From NCBI RefSeq assembly GCF_006345805.1, contig NC_042997.1, positions 170,190,001 to 170,254,000 on the forward strand: a stretch of DNA of 64,000 nucleotides. The letters are read 5' to 3'. Below the pieces are notes generated by a model that was not told where the DNA came from, did no database searches, and saw only the letters and a list, made by a program, of their open reading frames with translations. The position numbers and the translations under genes were made by a program. The DNA is from Octopus sinensis (lineage: Eukaryota). Each line of letters starts with the position of its first letter. The stretch's first letter is position 1. Positions 51,287 through 64,000 of this stretch are shown one piece after another.

Positions 51287-51562
51287 ATGTCGTTTGAATA
51301 TTCCCGTGTCCTGATGAGGCCTGTTACGGAGGCTCTCGTGGAAAAAATAAGAAGTATTGATTCAACGGTAAAGTTGAATTTAGAAAAACTTCAGAGTGAA
51401 CAGAATAGGCTGGCCGAAGCACTGAAGAAACGTAGAATAAATGTAGTATATCTTGCTGCTAGCAACAACTACCCGGAAGGTTGTTTCATTGAGGATTGTG
51501 CTGTAATCATAGGGGACACTGCTTTGATATGTCGCCCGGCTGATCAATCTCGACGAGGAGAG
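51287..51562 (+). CDS. DDAH: N(G),N(G)-dimethylarginine dimethylaminohydrolase family, first coding exon
   Basis: MSFEYSRVLMR...YPEGCFIEDCAVIIGDTALICRPADQSRRGE then GT donor at 51563; matches DDAH PD..FVED.AV....ALITRP...SRR.E; no exon 2 found in the window. Confidence 0.88.
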
Positions 51563-54408
51563 GTATTTATCATTATTTATTATTTTTCTCATACATTTAG
51601 CTAGCCAGTATTGTTCATCTCTTTCGCTCACTCTCTTTTTTAACATCATGTTTTTCCCCATTATAAACAAAACATTCAGCACCTTTTTGGATCTTGTTTT
51701 TCTTCAGCCTCACCTCAACATAACAAACTTTGCGGTTCTCCATAAAGCTGGTTATTCTTATTATTTTGTTGTTACATTTTGTGGGGGTTGATTTTTTTTT
51801 ATCCTTCTACTCTGGAAAGCCTAACCAATAAAAATATAAATAGTAGTTATCTACTGATTCGATTCAAGTGAAACTTCCTTTAATAAAATTGTCCTTGTTC
51901 ATTTTAAATATTAGCAACACACACGCACAAAAAGAACCAAAAAAGCAAAAAACACACCTTTTAAATTATCTCGTCAATTCCAACTGTCACTTTATCAGTA
52001 GTTCTCAGATAATTTCAGGTTACACCAATATTGTTGTATTTCGGTATTCTATTCATTTCTTCTATTGTAAAATCGTGTGTTGGAAAATGATGAAAATACT
52101 AAGTGAAAGAATAAAATACAAACCGACAAAGAAAAGCGAAAGTGCCTTGGTTCTCTCCTCACATATTTTACTTCGATATATATATATATAATATCGTTTA
52201 TCAGTCAATAGCTTTAAGCGTATTTATCAAACATTATATTTGTATCAATCCACTTCTGCTTTAGTTTGAAATTCAATAGAATTGATAGATAATCAATAAG
52301 AAAATTGCCTTTTTTTTAAAATCTAATATTTGTTTATCTATTTACGTAATTAAATTGTAATCGTTATCGTCGATCTAACACAATTTCTCCATATCAAAAT
52401 TTCTCCGGCTCTCACTCGGCAATTAAAGGTATATAATTGAACAGAGCCATGTGAGACGGTTGGTCGGTGATATAGTGGAAATTATATCTATCTATCTCTC
52501 CTCACGCACTTACCTGGTTAGTCACACGACACCTCTTCTCTTTCTGACTGCTTTTACATTGAAGGAAAAAATTATATCACCCTTTCGCTAATGAAGGTTC
52601 ACTTCAACTTTTAAACAGTTTAAATTTGTAACATGGTAGCAGAAAGCTTTGATGAACGTGGTGGTGATAGTTTTGTTTGGCTCCAGGTCAGTCCAGATTC
52701 GGTCGACATTACGGTCCATGGCAAGATTTTTGATGGTAGTTAATATTTAACAAGCGATTAGTATTTTCCCTTCTCTCTTATAAACGCATGTATTCATGTG
52801 TGACATCGCTGTTAAACTATTTTCTGACGTTATTTAGCCCTAGGTCAGTTCTGATTGTCGAGACCTGTAATCAAAGACGTTCCAACCGTTACCATCACGT
52901 CTTTTCTCAAGCATTGTACACGCAGGGCTGCACTAACAAATAAACATATTTTTTCAAGATGGTAGAATATGATTTTAGTGGAAATTCGACTACTATTTCT
53001 AGTAGATCGAACGAGTATTAGTGGCTACCACGTTGGCTCGAGTCTTAATTGTTTGTATGCATATCCACAAACTATGTATGTGTGCCCGTGAGTGTATACA
53101 TTACTATTAAGATAATGATAATTGGTTTGGAACAGTTTCGTAACCTTAGACACTTTGCAACAGATCTCAATCTTACATTATTTTTTTTATAGATTTTGAT
53201 TTATTGATTTTATTTTGGAGCCAGTAAAGTAGCCTCTATGTGATTGATTGCTCAACCTGCCGAAATATCGACCAAATTGTCTCATATCACACCCTACCAT
53301 CGTAAAAGAGGAAGACCATGTTGGACAGTGTAGTTCTAGAGAAATACCAGTCCCAGTTTTCAAAATTGGGATGGGCACGACTGGAACATTTTAGAGTGTA
53401 GATCTGATCACTCAGGCTTGACCAGAGACTAAACAAAAAACTTTTGTGTTTGGTCATGAATTATGTTTTGTTTTTTTTTAGTGTACGTGATCTGTCATAC
53501 TTCTGTAGTAAACTTAGAAGAAAATACAAATCAGAAAACATTATCAAACACGAAATGTCATTAAATTTTCTAAAGAAACAAATAACATGCATGTGCATAT
53601 TTGATAATGCCTCTCAAGTCGAAATTTATCAAGGGCAGTGCTGGTTGATTCAGTGTAATAGATTCAGTGACCAGATTCAGGAATTCTGGTTTTCTATACA
53701 AACAAAAAAAAAAAAAAACCTATACAAGATTTTTTTGTCATCTATACTAGAAAACAATTTGGTGGAGTTGGCTAAAATTTGGATCAGACAACATCTATCC
53801 CTGTTAAATATATAGATAATGCAAATATGTTATTTTCGTTTATGAGGCATTCATATATACATATTTAAAGCCTAATTCTTTTGTTCGTTCAAGAGTATTT
53901 GAGTTTTTGAAATAGACTCTATTGATAAATTCCCTCCGGCCTATCACGCTAGGCATCCCAGCCCCCAGCTAGCCGCACGTATTTTGTGTGTGTGTGTGTG
54001 TAAGCGCGAGCACACACACACACATTGCAAAAAAGCAACGAAAATTTTAGAAAAAATGAGTGGAAATCGAACCGGGGAGTATGTTAATTAATAGTGCATT
54101 AAAACAATGACACCCCAGACCCAATATATATAAATAAAAATAAAGTACTATATTACAGTCTCATGATAGCTCGTTTTATATATCGATTACCACAAATTGT
54201 ATATCTAAATATATACGAAATGTACCGGCTGAAGCTAACAAACTGTTTTATTTTAGTATTTAATTTTATTTAATCCGTCGACCTGTTCCTCTGTAAAGTA
54301 GTTTACAATGACTCATATATATACCTGTCTTTTTCACCTTGTCGCTTCACTTATCTGTCCACAGCATTCCTGTTGGGTTTTTAATACTGGCTGCGCGCAC
54401 ACACTCAT

Positions 54409-54447
<39 letters not shown>

Positions 54448-54689
54448 CATTCGTGTGTGTAGTGTCATTTCTTATGCTTTGCTCTAAATATATCATAGTT
54501 CTCTCTCCTACCTGTTAAGTTATTCATGTTCAGTGCAGTGTCTTTTGACCGCTTAAACTTACACACCTCTCACCTCACTCTGTTTTTATTTTATCACACA
54601 CACACACACACACACAACTAGTTTGGTTTCTATGAAGGGGACCGTGTTTATAACCTTTGCGTTTTCACCGAAACTGTTGATATCAACAT

Positions 54690-55570
54690 GCATCCAGTTC
54701 TTCTTGAAAATTCGTTGGTCAACAGCTGTGGGGAGTGGTATGCATGCACAAGAAAGAACTTCCAGAGGACCGCCGTTGCAAGAATGAGGGGCTGAATGAA
54801 GTGGTTAGTGGATGGGCAAGGATAGTGAACAGAATTTGGATAACAAGGAGGGTAGAGATGAGTGAGTCAGAAATGTCTGATCGAAGTTGGTACAAGATCA
54901 GCTCCAAAGAACAGAAACCACTATAGTAGCAGTACAAAAAAAGACAGTAGAAAGGCTGCTTGTTTGTAGGTCAGAGATTGGTGTTTGTTTATCAGTGACT
55001 TCATGATGCCAATTAGTTGGGTTGCCTTTTTTTGTTTTTGTTGCAGTCTAGGATATTTGTGTATGGCTGCAGTTTCACCCCAGATGTGTTAGTACTATAC
55101 TCCGTTACAAGCATCACATTGTATTTTTGCTTCTTAAAAATGTTCATTTGCCTGAAGAGATCCTTAGTGAAGGAGGCTTAGCATTTGTGGCAACATTGAA
55201 GGTTCTAGCTACATATTATATAAGTAGGGTGTGATAACTGGCGGTAGAGTTTGGATTTGGCGGCAAGGAAGAGATTAGGAATGCTTGGACTGTCTGTCTG
55301 TTGGTCAGGTATGTGAGTAAGGGATGTAGATGTAGAGTTGAGTATAGCAAAAGATTCTGTTTCTGTATATGCAATATTTCTGTGGGAAGAGTGCAAGAAC
55401 TAAGAAGTTGATAACTTTGGAGAAGAGTGACAGGAAGGGAAATAGATAAAGAGTTGTTGGTAGTAAATAATTTCAGAGAACAGCTCAGGAAGATGTATTT
55501 GGAGGAGTGGGTGGAAGAAGATTATGTAAACAAAGCTCTCTGTATGTGATGTAGGAAAACATTTTTTCCT
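54690..55570 (-). mobile_element. Decayed CR1-group LINE fragment
   Basis: Remnants resembling HIWG..A, QKKATQLIG and YCYYSGFCSLEL (cf. LFYRYY.G.CS.EL). Confidence 0.55.
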
Positions 55571-55853
55571 GTGGTCTCCAGGCAAGAATCTGAGGATCTG
55601 AAATGGTTCACCCATGTATTAAAGCTAACCAGTAACTTCATAGTGTTGGTGTTCTGCCAAAACTTCTCAAACCCCAGACCATGTAATAAACTGTCCAATA
55701 GATGGATCTCTCAGATCCATAAAGACAGGATTTTCACTCAACAGCAGCAACCAGAGCACCCAGTTGAGGATAGTAGCAGTTGTCCTGCTGGCAGGAGAGA
55801 GCAAGGATTTAAAGAGAACTGAGTAACTAAGTTTCTCTCTCTCTCTCTCTTTT

Positions 55854-55884
<31 letters not shown>

Positions 55885-55889
<5 letters not shown>

Positions 55890-56235
55890 CGTAAAAAGCA
55901 CCAATTGTTCGTGGCTATTGCCAGCCTACCCTGGCACCTGTGCTGGTGGCATGTAAAAAACACCATCTGTATGTGGCCGATGCCAGCGTCGCCTTGACTG
56001 GCTTTCGTGTCGGTGGCACATAAAAACCACCAACCGATCATGGCCGTTGCCAGTCTCCCCTGGCACCTGTGCCAGTGGCATGTAAAAAGCACCCACTACA
56101 TTCATGGAGTGGTTGGCATTAGGAAGGGCATCCAGCTGTAGAAACACTGCAAGATCAGACTGGAGCCTGGTGCAGCCTCCTGGAACTGTCCAACCCATGC
56201 TAGCATGGAAAACGGACATTAAATAATGTTGATGA
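55885..56235 (+). mobile_element. RTE 3' UTR fragment
   Basis: GGTGGCACGTAAAAAGCACC subunits and CCATGCTAGCATGGAAAACGGAC end. Confidence 0.85.
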
Positions 56236-58629
56236 TATACTTTGTTGTAACTGATTATTCAATAAATTTTGCATTCTTACCTCATTACTTGCTATACACC
56301 TCGCTTACTCCCTTAAATTCAATACACAATAATTTGCACTTCCCAATTACAAGGTATATGGGGTATAATAATAATATACTATATTTATTATGTTCTGTGA
56401 AGCGTCAAGAAGTCCACCTAATATTGGCACTTGAGACTAAATTGCATACTAAGTGGAATGCCTTAATCGTAGTCAACATTTAGCTTATTTGACTTGTTGC
56501 AGAATGTTGGCTGGAGGTGAAAATAGACAGGGCATGAAGTCTTGAGACATACTCTAGTGGAAAAGAATTCTAGATGGATATTGGGAGAGGGTGGTAAGAG
56601 GAGAATGTGAGATTAAGTGGAGGTGGTATAGAATTAGCAAATGGAAAAGACTGTTGTAGTAATGGAGTCATGTAGGAAAGCGAGTGAGGATACAGTTTGA
56701 TATTGTGTTTGTAGACCCTGAACTTTTTATTTCCTTAAATCTCTCATTATTGGATGTATATTTTTTTTTACGTACTTTGTATATACTTCAGTTGACAAGA
56801 CTCCAGAGTATCACCTAGTCTTTAGTGTTTAACCATTTCATTGTAGCATTCTGATATATCCACTCAAAATTTTTTTACCCCTTACATGTGAAAAGCAGTT
56901 TTATCTGTTGTTGAGGAATGTCCTGTTTAAAACTATATTCTGTTGAGATATGGAAAGCTTACTGAGGCAGTGTAACTTGCAGAAAATACCAATTCTATTC
57001 ACTAGTAGTTAGTTAACATCATTACTGAAATAACCATGAAGTTTAATTTCATAGTGAAAGGGTTACTAAATTTATAGGAAATTAAGTTGGTCCTGTCAGA
57101 ATTTGAGACACTGAGCAAAATTGCGTATCATTACAGTTCAGCTCTCTATCTTCAGTGCTATTACTGTCAATATAATGATAATGAGAATTCTTTTACATAC
57201 AGACTGCAATTTCTAAAACCAGAAAGCAGGAAAATATGACATTCTTCTTTCTCTTACCAGACTTATGAATGAAGTTGATCAGTTTTGACATGGACCCAAA
57301 ACTGGGTTGTAGACTTGTTTATCTTTCCATGCTACAAACTAATATTTTGTTTTTTTTGACACACAGCATGAAGCCAATTAATTTGTAAGGGTGAATAGAG
57401 TACTCAGTAAACTCATTACTATATGTAATTGCAGCTTTAACAATCCCTTATGAATGCAAAGTGTATTTTGTTTTTACTTTGCCCATAATCATTTTTAATT
57501 GAGTTGACCTATGGTCAAAAGTGTTCCAGCCATGATACTCTCATTTATTTGTGGTTTGTGTGTACTTTAATAAAAGTGTCTTTCGTTTAAGACAACAGGC
57601 TTTGATTTGAAGGAGATTTTGCTGCTATTCCTCGTAGTTTGAATAATCTTTTAGAGACTTCCTTGAGGTAATCCAACACTGAGAATCTGGATTTTTTTTT
57701 TAAGACTTGGTGTCATTGTCATCATCATCATCATCATTTAATGTCTGTTTTCCATGCTGGTATGGGTTGGGTGATAACCAGAGCTGGCAAGCTGGAGAGT
57801 TGCATCAAGTTTCAGTCTGATTTGGATTGGTTTCTATGGCTGAATGCCCTTCTTAATACCAATCCCTTTACAATGTGTGTTGGGTGCTTTTAATGTGGCG
57901 ATGTTTAGTGATTATCTCAATTAAGTGGTTGTTAGTGATCTTATATTTTTTTATGATACTATTCTAGTAATGTTCTGGAGTATTGTTTCTGAAGTTTCTA
58001 GATATTTGTGGGATTTATTTTTCATATTTTCCAGTCAAGAGGGAAGGGCAATATTTATGATACTTTAGAGGATGTCCAACACCAGCTTAACAATGCCATA
58101 AGTTATTTTGCTAAATTCTTCATTATTTTCATATTTTATAAAGACCCTTAGTAAGGAGAGACACACAAATAAGAAAGTTCAAAGCAAAGGACTACTGATG
58201 AGGTCACAGGAGTGTGACGAAAGAACTCTGGCTGAAGTAAGATTAAGATTAATGTAAAAAATGAATAACGCTGAAGCAAAGTAACACCAAATATATAGTG
58301 CGTGTGTTTTTATTGGCTAAACTGGCAAAATGACCATTCCTAAATACAACAATATCTGTTTCAACACACGATTTCACATCAAAAATCTTGCAAAACAAAT
58401 ATATAAATGTAATATAAAGACAGTGTTTTAACAGAAATATGGTTACAAAAGCATTAAATTCTAGGTCAAACTTAGGATAAAAAATTATTTCATTCTTGAT
58501 CATCTTGTCTTTTTGTATATGTACAACTTCTTTGTCTAACATATCCATCCTGTTTTAAGACAACAAGGTGTGATTTGAAGGAATTTCATTACTATTTCAA
58601 GCTGGCCAACTGTTTGCATAGAGACTGTG

Positions 58630-58660
<31 letters not shown>

Positions 58661-59178
58661 GCATGTATAGAGGTTTCCTTCATGAGGTTGATGTAGCTGA
58701 TATTTAAACTTACATACCTGGTTGATTTGCACTGGGGACATATAAGTGTGAAAGGAGTTTCATATGGATGCAGATCTACAGTGGAAGTTTTGTGACCTTT
58801 GGGGATTGGCAAGATAAAAGTAGATAGCATTTTCACTGCATTTCTAATGATGAGTGACACCGTATTTTGTTTGGTTGATGTATTGATTTTATCTTGTTGA
58901 CACACAAACACAACACTCTCATACTACAGGCTTTTGCACTGTTTCCGTTCATCCAAATTTTACTTGGAAAACATTGATCAACCTGAACCTAAGATAGAAG
59001 GCACTTTGACCAAAGTGTCATACCATGATCTAAAGCACAGGTTTGCACCACAAACTTAACTAAACAGCCATACCTACAAATTGGAATACAGTCTTCTTGT
59101 CTAATTGACAGTCACTGTTGTAGTAGTCTGTTATGATGTAGAGAATTCTGTTTTTGATGGCTTCCAATTTTTTTGTAA

Positions 59179-59567
59179 TCTATATATATAAAGCTGGAGT
59201 TGTCTGTGTGTGTGTGGCAGGTTTGGTAGCCTTCAACCAACATTATCTCCTCCGAGACCCTGTAGCACAAGTTGACCAAAACTGAGAGTATGATAGAAGA
59301 AGGCTTGCTCTTCATTCCGTAGAAGAAAAAATTCAAATCGGACCATGTTAAGACCAAAAATTATTTACATCAAAAAGGTGCTTTTTTTCTATGAAAATCC
59401 CTATTTTTTACGATCTTTTGACTGCTGTGTCACCATTTTTCGGTGCATTTCAACCAGAAAAATGTTCACTTAAAGCTACATAATGCAAAATTTTTACTTT
59501 TCAAAAATTCCAATTCTAAAGGGTCGAAAAGAAAACAAATCCGAGCAACGCTGGGCTATACTGCTAG
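59179..59567 (+). mobile_element. Non-autonomous Helitron
   Basis: A|TCTATATATATAAA 5' end; subterminal hairpin CCGAGCAACGCTGGG; CTAG|T 3' end; no TSD. Confidence 0.8.
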
Positions 59568-60265
59568 TATATAATAGATTAAGAGAGTTTAATCAGAACT
59601 GATGTTTTCAATAATGCATCATCTTATGTTGATGCTTGTGAAGTTCTCTTGGGTATGAGGAAAAGCCTAAATATTCATTTATGACTGGTAGCCTGTTGGT
59701 TATGATGATGAGGGTTCCAGTTGATTCAATCAAGAGGGTATCCTGCTCAGACACTCCACAGACACATGTACTCTTAATGTAGTTCTCAGGGAGATTCAGT
59801 GCGACACAGAATGTGACAAGGCCGGCCCTTTAAATTACAGGTACTACTCGTTTTTGGCAGCTGAGTGGACTGGAGCAATGCTAAAATTAAGTGTCTTACA
59901 TGAGGATACAATGTTCCACCTGGAATTGAACTCCTGACCTTATGATTGTGAGCCGTATACATTAATCACTAAGCCACGCATCTTCACTCATTTATAAAAA
60001 TGTTAGAATGTCACAACAATGCATTATTAGCATTTGCTTTACATCTCTTCCAGGATCGATAAAATAAGTGCCATTTATGTACTGGGGTTAATTTCATCAA
60101 CTAGACCTATCTCCTAACATCCATGAAACTGTTTATTTTAGAAATCAATATTAGCATTATTAATTAAATTTAACTCAAAGATAATGGTGTTGATAGTAAA
60201 GAGCCAAGTGAGATTATTTGCTTTATGTCTTATAATTATGTGTGTTATGTTTATATTTTCCCCAC

Positions 60266-60660
60266 AGGAGTGGCTGTGTGGTAAGTAGCTTGTTTACCAA
60301 CCACATGGTTTCGGGTTCATTCCCACTGCGTGGCACCTTGGGCAGGTGTCCTCTACTATAGCCTCGGGCCGACCAAAGCCTTGTGAGTGGATTGGTAGAC
60401 GGAAACTGAAAGAAGCCCGTCGTATATATGTAATATATGCGTGTGTGTGTTTGTGTGTCTGTGTTTGTCCCCCTAGCATTGCTTGACAACCGATGCTGGT
60501 GTGTTATGTCCCCGTTACTAGCGGTTCGGCAAAAGAGACCGATAGAATAATTACTGGGCTTACAAAAGAATAAGTCCCGGTGTCGAGTTGCTCGATTAAA
60601 AGTGGTGCTCCAGCATGGCCGCAGTCAAATGACTGAAACAAGTAAAAGAGTAAAAGAGTA
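60266..60660 (+). mobile_element. SINE family 1, full length and young-looking
   Basis: Highly similar to 7468-7860 with many CpGs retained. Confidence 0.9.
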
Positions 60661-62354
60661 ATCCTAATTGAAATTAGTATATTCTTTCATCTTCTTGATT
60701 TTATAAACCAGATACCGGTAATACACTAGGGTCTCTAACCTATCTTTACATAAAAGTACTATATACCTCACCAAAAAGAAACTCTTCTGATATGCTGTTT
60801 CATTCCACTCTATATGTATGCTGGTATCATTTTCTCAATTCCCCTTTGGAATTCAGTGGAACTTGATATTTTCCAGATTGGCTGGAAGAGCCAGGCAGTA
60901 AAAGGTAAGCTCCCAGTGAGCTGAGTCAGTTTGTAGATAAAGGGTTAAATTGCTTTGTTCTGTAAGTTATCAACTGGAGAAGTTAAGCTGCCAACATGAT
61001 AGAAAGATTTGAGGCCGTGTAGGAAAAGAAAATCCAAAGTAAAACCTAGCAATGGACTAGATATTTCTTGCGGAGTTTCTTAGCTGTTAGTATTAAAAAA
61101 AAAATGTTTCTTTTGAAATGTGGGTAGAAGTGTGGAAAGGTGGTGTGTTCTAAGTTTAACTCTTGAGAAAAGCATGAATGCTATTCATCAATATATTCTT
61201 TGTTAATGTGACTCATTTCTATGAGTTACATAAAAAATAAAGTGGGCTTTGGAATAAGAAGAGTAAATGTCAGTTGATTCTTAAAATTAGTTACATTCTT
61301 TCTAATTGTGCTATCTTTCTCTTGTCTGTTACTGTCATTGAATAAAATATACAATAGCATACAATAGATTTATCTTCAAGGCGATACCTTTTTTGTATAT
61401 CTTCCCTCAAACTATCCTTAACAAGATTTCCAGGAAAAAATTTCTTTTTACACATTTGAACTTGACTTTCAGATAAAAGATTTTATCTTTATATTTTGTT
61501 AATGTGAACTTTGATTTGTTCATATATTATAATATATATATATATATATACAGTTAATTAGTTACTGATTTATGAAGTTGGTGTGGTGGTGGGCTCATAT
61601 TTTGTATTGTTAATTAATTTGATAGCCATAATGATGTATGAAAAATGTTGCAGTTTTCTGTTTATGCTAATTTTTATTTAAAAAATTGTAAACTAAAAGC
61701 AATTGAGGAAATAGTGGAGTTGGCTTGCATGATATTGGACCTCACAAACAAGATGATGCAAATCCGAGAAAAAATGATTCGCTGCTCTATATACTCACCA
61801 AACCCATGTCTTAGAAAAAAATAATATACATGTTAAAACACTGGTGGTGGTGAAGATAGGAAACTAAACCATTTTTTTTTCCATGTTTATTCTTCTTCCT
61901 CAATAAATCCCTTTTCTGATTAATGGGCTATTATATTTTAATGTCAGAAATTTTGTAATTTACTGTAAGTTAGAACTTACTTAAAATAAACTTGATAAAC
62001 CAATGGAATGGCCTCTTTGTGTTTGTTAAACCTGCTAGAAATAGAAACCATATCTCTCTTAAATCACACCCTCCCACCTTCAGAAAATGAAAGGGGCACA
62101 GCACATTAGGTAATGTAGTTCTCGATATTTACAAAACCCAGAATGTCTTTGATAATTAATCAACTCAAGCAAGCAGCATTGATCTAGGGCTAAACAACAA
62201 AGGAAGTTATTTAATAGTTCTTATGTTAGGTATGAAGGCTGTGTGGTAGAACACACATGCCCAAGGTGCAATGCTGTGGGATTGAACCCAAGTTCACATT
62301 GTTGTGAAGCAAGCTTCTTAACCACACAGCCATGCTTTTAAAAAAAAAATTTTT

Positions 62355-62607
62355 TGCGCCTATTTTAAAGCGTAGCCAAGGCTCAAGGGCTCGGTTTCCC
62401 AGTTTCTATGGCGTATGTGTTTCCTAGCTGGAGGGGACGCCAGTCCATTGCAGTGTTACTCATTTTTGCCCGCTGAGTGGACTGAGCAAGAGCAATGTGA
62501 AATGAAGTGTTTTGCTCAAGAACAACGCATTGCCTGGTCCAGGAATCGAAACCACAATCTTATGATTATGGTGCTGACACCCTAACCACTAAGCCATGCG
62601 CCTCCAC
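62355..62607 (-). mobile_element. V-domain-like tRNA-derived SINE
   Basis: Head GTGGAGGCGCATGGCTTAGTGG...GGTTTCGATTCC; GCAATGGACTGGCGTCCCCTCCAG motif; same 3' end as 1-115. Confidence 0.78.
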
Positions 62608-63489
62608 TTTAAATAAATTACTGCTGTGTTAATTGTATTTCATTTCAATGTTATATTCGGCAAAATCAGACTGGAGCCTGGCGCAGCCTCCTGGCTCCCC
62701 AGAACCCGGTCGAACCGTCCAACCCATGCCAGCATGGAAAACAGATGTTAAACAATGATGATGATGATGATTCTGCTACAGAATACAACTATAACATCTT
62801 TCTTATTACATACAATGTTGGCAAAAAGCTAATGATATATTATGTAATTTAGTTTAGCATCTTTTTGTCTTACATTGTATTTCCATTGATTTATTGTGTA
62901 ACCACCTTCAAATATCACAGTCCTTTGGACTTCAGAACAAGTTTAAGAGCATTGAAGTTCTGTGTACATTTAAATAAAAAAAAAAAAAAAAATATATACT
63001 TAAAAGACTAGTTCTGGTTTCAAATCCAGTTAAGGTATTTTTATTTATTACTAACCAAGAATATCAATTATTCTTCACAAAGTTGGTGGGGGGAATTAAC
63101 TTATTTTTATGTTGAAAAAATAGTTCTGTGTTAGAAATATAATTTGGTTTTGAAGCTCAAAGTGGAACGAGATATTCACATAGCTATTTGTAAGAGTGTT
63201 CCATATTTTAGGAACGTAATTTGCTATGTGTTTTCCCACAATTGTGAGTTGATCATTGGTACTGGGTAAACAGTACATCAATTAACATTAATTTACTATA
63301 AAGGTTGAGTGCATGCGAGTTGAGAAAGTGACTAGGGCATCAAAGACATTGACTGATGCGTATTAGGGGAGAGGATGATATTGGTACAGGCACGAGATAT
63401 AAATAGACGATACATGCTGAGTGAAAATTTGTTCAAAATTATTTATTTAAGGTTTAGTCAGAAAGGGCTGTGAGCATGGTCTTTACAAG

Positions 63490-63810
63490 CCTTTTTAGAC
63501 ATGATGTGAGATTGATACAGTTGGTGCTTAATTTGAACATGTACATGTTGACATTTGTTGGAAAAAACATGGTTGGAAAGGGAATTCCAGAGGGCCAATG
63601 TCCTAGAAAGGAAGAAATGGGTATAGTGGTAGTTAGTGTAGGTTCTTGGGAGTGGGGTGCTGATATACAGAGTTGGACAGGCATTGGTAGAAGTGGTATG
63701 CAAGTAGCTAGTTGAAAATAGTAGAGGCTGTTGTTAGCAAAATAAGCAGACAGCATTTAGTTGTAGTGTGTTGGTGTGTTGGTAACCCACAATTGAGGCA
63801 AAGCTGGAAT
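63490..63810 (-). mobile_element. Decayed CR1-group LINE C-terminal fragment
   Basis: HYTHFFLSRTLALWNSLSNHVF resembles the SF..RT..LWNSLP end motif. Confidence 0.55.
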
Positions 63811-64000
63811 GATTTAAGTAAAGTATATAAGCTATAAAGATTTGAGAAAAACCATTATTTCTTATCTATGTGACAATACTGAACTGAAATACTGTATTGC
63901 TAGCTATTTCTACTTCATTCCAAATATGAAAGGATATACATTAAAACATTGATGATGATATAATACTGCTGATAATTTATTTTATGTCAGAAACCAAAAG

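Noticed and set aside
52619-52686. Possible DDAH exon 2 (AG...GGD...GT)
   Set aside because: The required phase-0 frame hits a stop, no LDGGDV motif, and the end overlaps an interspersed repeat

Overview
AT-rich, microsatellite- and retroposon-dense eukaryotic DNA whose repeat families look coleoid cephalopod (probably Octopus; inferred, not verified). Two host genes are supported, both on +: the last five coding exons of VPS52 (901-8381) and the first coding exon of a DDAH-family gene (51287-51562), whose intron 1 runs off the window. The ~43 kb between them and the introns are a mosaic of mobile elements. These include three mariner families, hAT and piggyBac MITEs, a Helitron, a young 5'-truncated RTE LINE with a PHD finger after its RT, and decayed CR1-, R4/Dong-, Tx1- and HERO-like LINEs. 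There are also several tRNA-derived SINE families, two U6 snRNA retrocopies and a ~1.5 kb near-identical tandem duplication. The best leads are a full-length U6 fused to a retroposon 3' tail (possible U6-headed SINE/chimera family), a SINE whose tail matches a Tx1-like LINE end, and a degenerate hammerhead-ribozyme motif. No clearly new multi-gene system is evident; all family assignments come from motif recognition, not database searches.
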